64,000 bases of DNA. Source: Bacteroidales bacterium. GTDB lineage: Bacteria; Bacteroidota; Bacteroidia; Bacteroidales; UBA4181. Below, piece by piece: positions 63,176 to 64,000 of the stretch (position 1 is its first letter; every line of letters begins with the position of its first letter). The position numbers were made by a program, and so were the translations under genes. The notes beneath the pieces were generated by a model that searched no databases, was not told the origin of the DNA, and saw only the letters and a list, made by a program, of their open reading frames with translations. The DNA lies in assembly GCA_031547085.1 (NCBI GenBank), contig JAVBSH010000128.1:39632-103631 (forward strand), given 5' to 3'.

Positions 63176-63796
63176 TATTTGATAGCTTGATCCGTTGCGG
63201 GTTTCTACCAATTGTACTTTTTCGGTTTTTTGCACCTCGACACCTGTTAATCGGATATTCCGGGCATCGTCCAGTACAAAAGCCGGGCGATCATCAGCCT
63301 CCATAAAGCCAACTTGTACATTATGGAAACGTATGTTGGCTGCATGACGTACAAAAAAAGCCGATGCCGGTATCGTACCGAACATCCAGGGTTCGGGGTA
63401 GAGTTTTTCGTTTTCGGGCGGTGCCAGTTTACCGTCTTCCGCTGAATGACCGCCCCGGTATAGAATCCGAATATTCGATAAGACACGCGCACGGATGACG
63501 AATTTTCCCTTTGCCAACCATTGATTGGTGATTTCGAAATCGATGCCGTCTTTAGTCTTATTGGTTTTGATGTTCCCGGGATGATTCAACCATGTGCTCT
63601 GCCCGCCCGAAATAATTCCCAACTTGAAATTTCCCGTCATTCCATTCATCAGGAAAGCAAATTCGGGAAACGCACAGGCAACGATTTTCGGTGCATCTTT
63701 ATTTCCTGCTAGAACATGAATGAACAGGTTTTTGTCCTGTGCAAAAGCATTTCCAACCAGGAACATAAAAATGAACGGCAGCATCAATCTGGTCAT
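63164..63796 (-). CDS. Secreted protein resembling only the C-terminal part of a GH28 parallel beta-helix
   Basis: Own signal peptide MTRLMLPFIFMFLVGNAFA|QD. PENEKLYPEPWMFGTIPASAFFVRHAANIRFHNVQVGFMEADDRPAFVLDDARNIRL resembles the conserved C-terminal segment of GH28 enzymes. Its ATG overlaps the upstream stop (ATGA). Confidence 0.45.
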   Translation of the reverse strand: MTRLMLPFIFMFLVGNAFAQDKNLFIHVLAGNKDAPKIVACAFPEFAFLMNGMTGNFKLGIISGGQSTWLNHPGNIKTNKTKDGIDFEITNQWLAKGKFVIRARVLSNIRILYRGGHSAEDGKLAPPENEKLYPEPWMFGTIPASAFFVRHAANIRFHNVQVGFMEADDRPAFVLDDARNIRLTGVEVQKTEKVQLVETRNGSSYQIIEN

Positions 63797-64000
63797 GGCA
63801 TCTTTTCTGCTATGAGTTGCGAATTGTCTGTCGTTTGCAGTTGCACATCATTCACGGTAAAATTATTGGTGTATTTTACAGCACCTGCTTTCCCGGCTTC
63901 CACTTTTATGTTGCTCAGTGACACACCGTCGATGATGGAGCTTTCTGTACCAATGCAGTTGATGAAAGTTTTTACATGCTTGCCTTTGATATTCGAAACA
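63793..64000 (-). CDS. GH28-like glycoside hydrolase, C-terminal end (5' part outside window)
   Basis: My own translation of the minus strand from 63999 gives VSNIKGKHVKTFINCIGTESSIIDGVSLSNIKVEAGKAGAVKYTNNFTVNDVQLQTTDNSQLIAEKMP*. These are beta-helix-type repeats (xxNIxxxN). It is absent from the ORF track because no start codon lies within the window. Confidence 0.5.
   Translation of the reverse strand, partial: VSNIKGKHVKTFINCIGTESSIIDGVSLSNIKVEAGKAGAVKYTNNFTVNDVQLQTTDNSQLIAEKMP

Noticed and set aside
1-64000. tRNA, rRNA, tmRNA, RNase P RNA, riboswitches, prophage or IS elements
   Set aside because: Scanning the longer intergenic regions (12427-12698, 22234-22982, 45509-45837, 56602-56924, 57994-58110) showed no tRNA-like ends (GGTTCGAATCC-type), no rRNA-like sequence and no integrase or transposase ORFs. 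A covariance-model scan would be needed to exclude small ncRNAs.

Overview
This is a 64-kb chromosomal window from a Bacteroidota (Bacteroidia-type) genome. I call about 52 protein-coding genes. I recognise no rRNA, tRNA, CRISPR-cas, transposase or integrase. All calls come from reading the translations and the DNA by eye; no searches or computations were run, and similarity statements are by-eye estimates.

Gene content, 5' to 3':
- A fucosidase cluster: URO-D-like, GH29, GH95 and deoC.
- mgtC and a PiT-type phosphate transporter.
- An isolated phosphonopyruvate-decarboxylase-like TPP enzyme.
- Peptidoglycan hydrolases: glucosaminidase-LysM and M23.
- secDF, lpxH-like, a thioredoxin-fold lipoprotein and recO.
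- An operon of ECF sigma, anti-sigma-like, DUF4252 and two paralogous beta-barrel-like genes.
- An M15 D-Ala-D-Ala dipeptidase, a PAS/GAF histidine kinase and a GNAT.
- The type IX secretion / gliding core porP-gldK-gldL-gldM-gldN.
- An arginase-fold protein, topA, PBP1A, DUF4271-hemD-rnpA-yidD and aroE.
- A four-gene cluster with two tandem paralogs that combine a TonB-plug domain with a T9SS C-terminal sorting domain.
- A HAD-like protein, a beta-propeller glutaminyl cyclase, a very large NtrY-like kinase, yifB and a second TlpA-like protein.
- A pectin/rhamnogalacturonan set (unassigned GH, GH88/105, esterase, PL11, GH28), interrupted by a 2.4-kb islet of hypothetical genes.

The most unusual signals are non-genic:
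1. Tandem 7-nt-period repeat arrays sit directly after stop codons at seven or more loci.
2. A 29-nt hairpin element occurs in three full copies, and its G-U wobbles fit only the transcribed strand.
3. An intercistronic element of about 100-125 nt is shared by two unrelated operons.
4. Two independent tandem arrays have a 41-42-bp period, each unit carrying a small inverted repeat.
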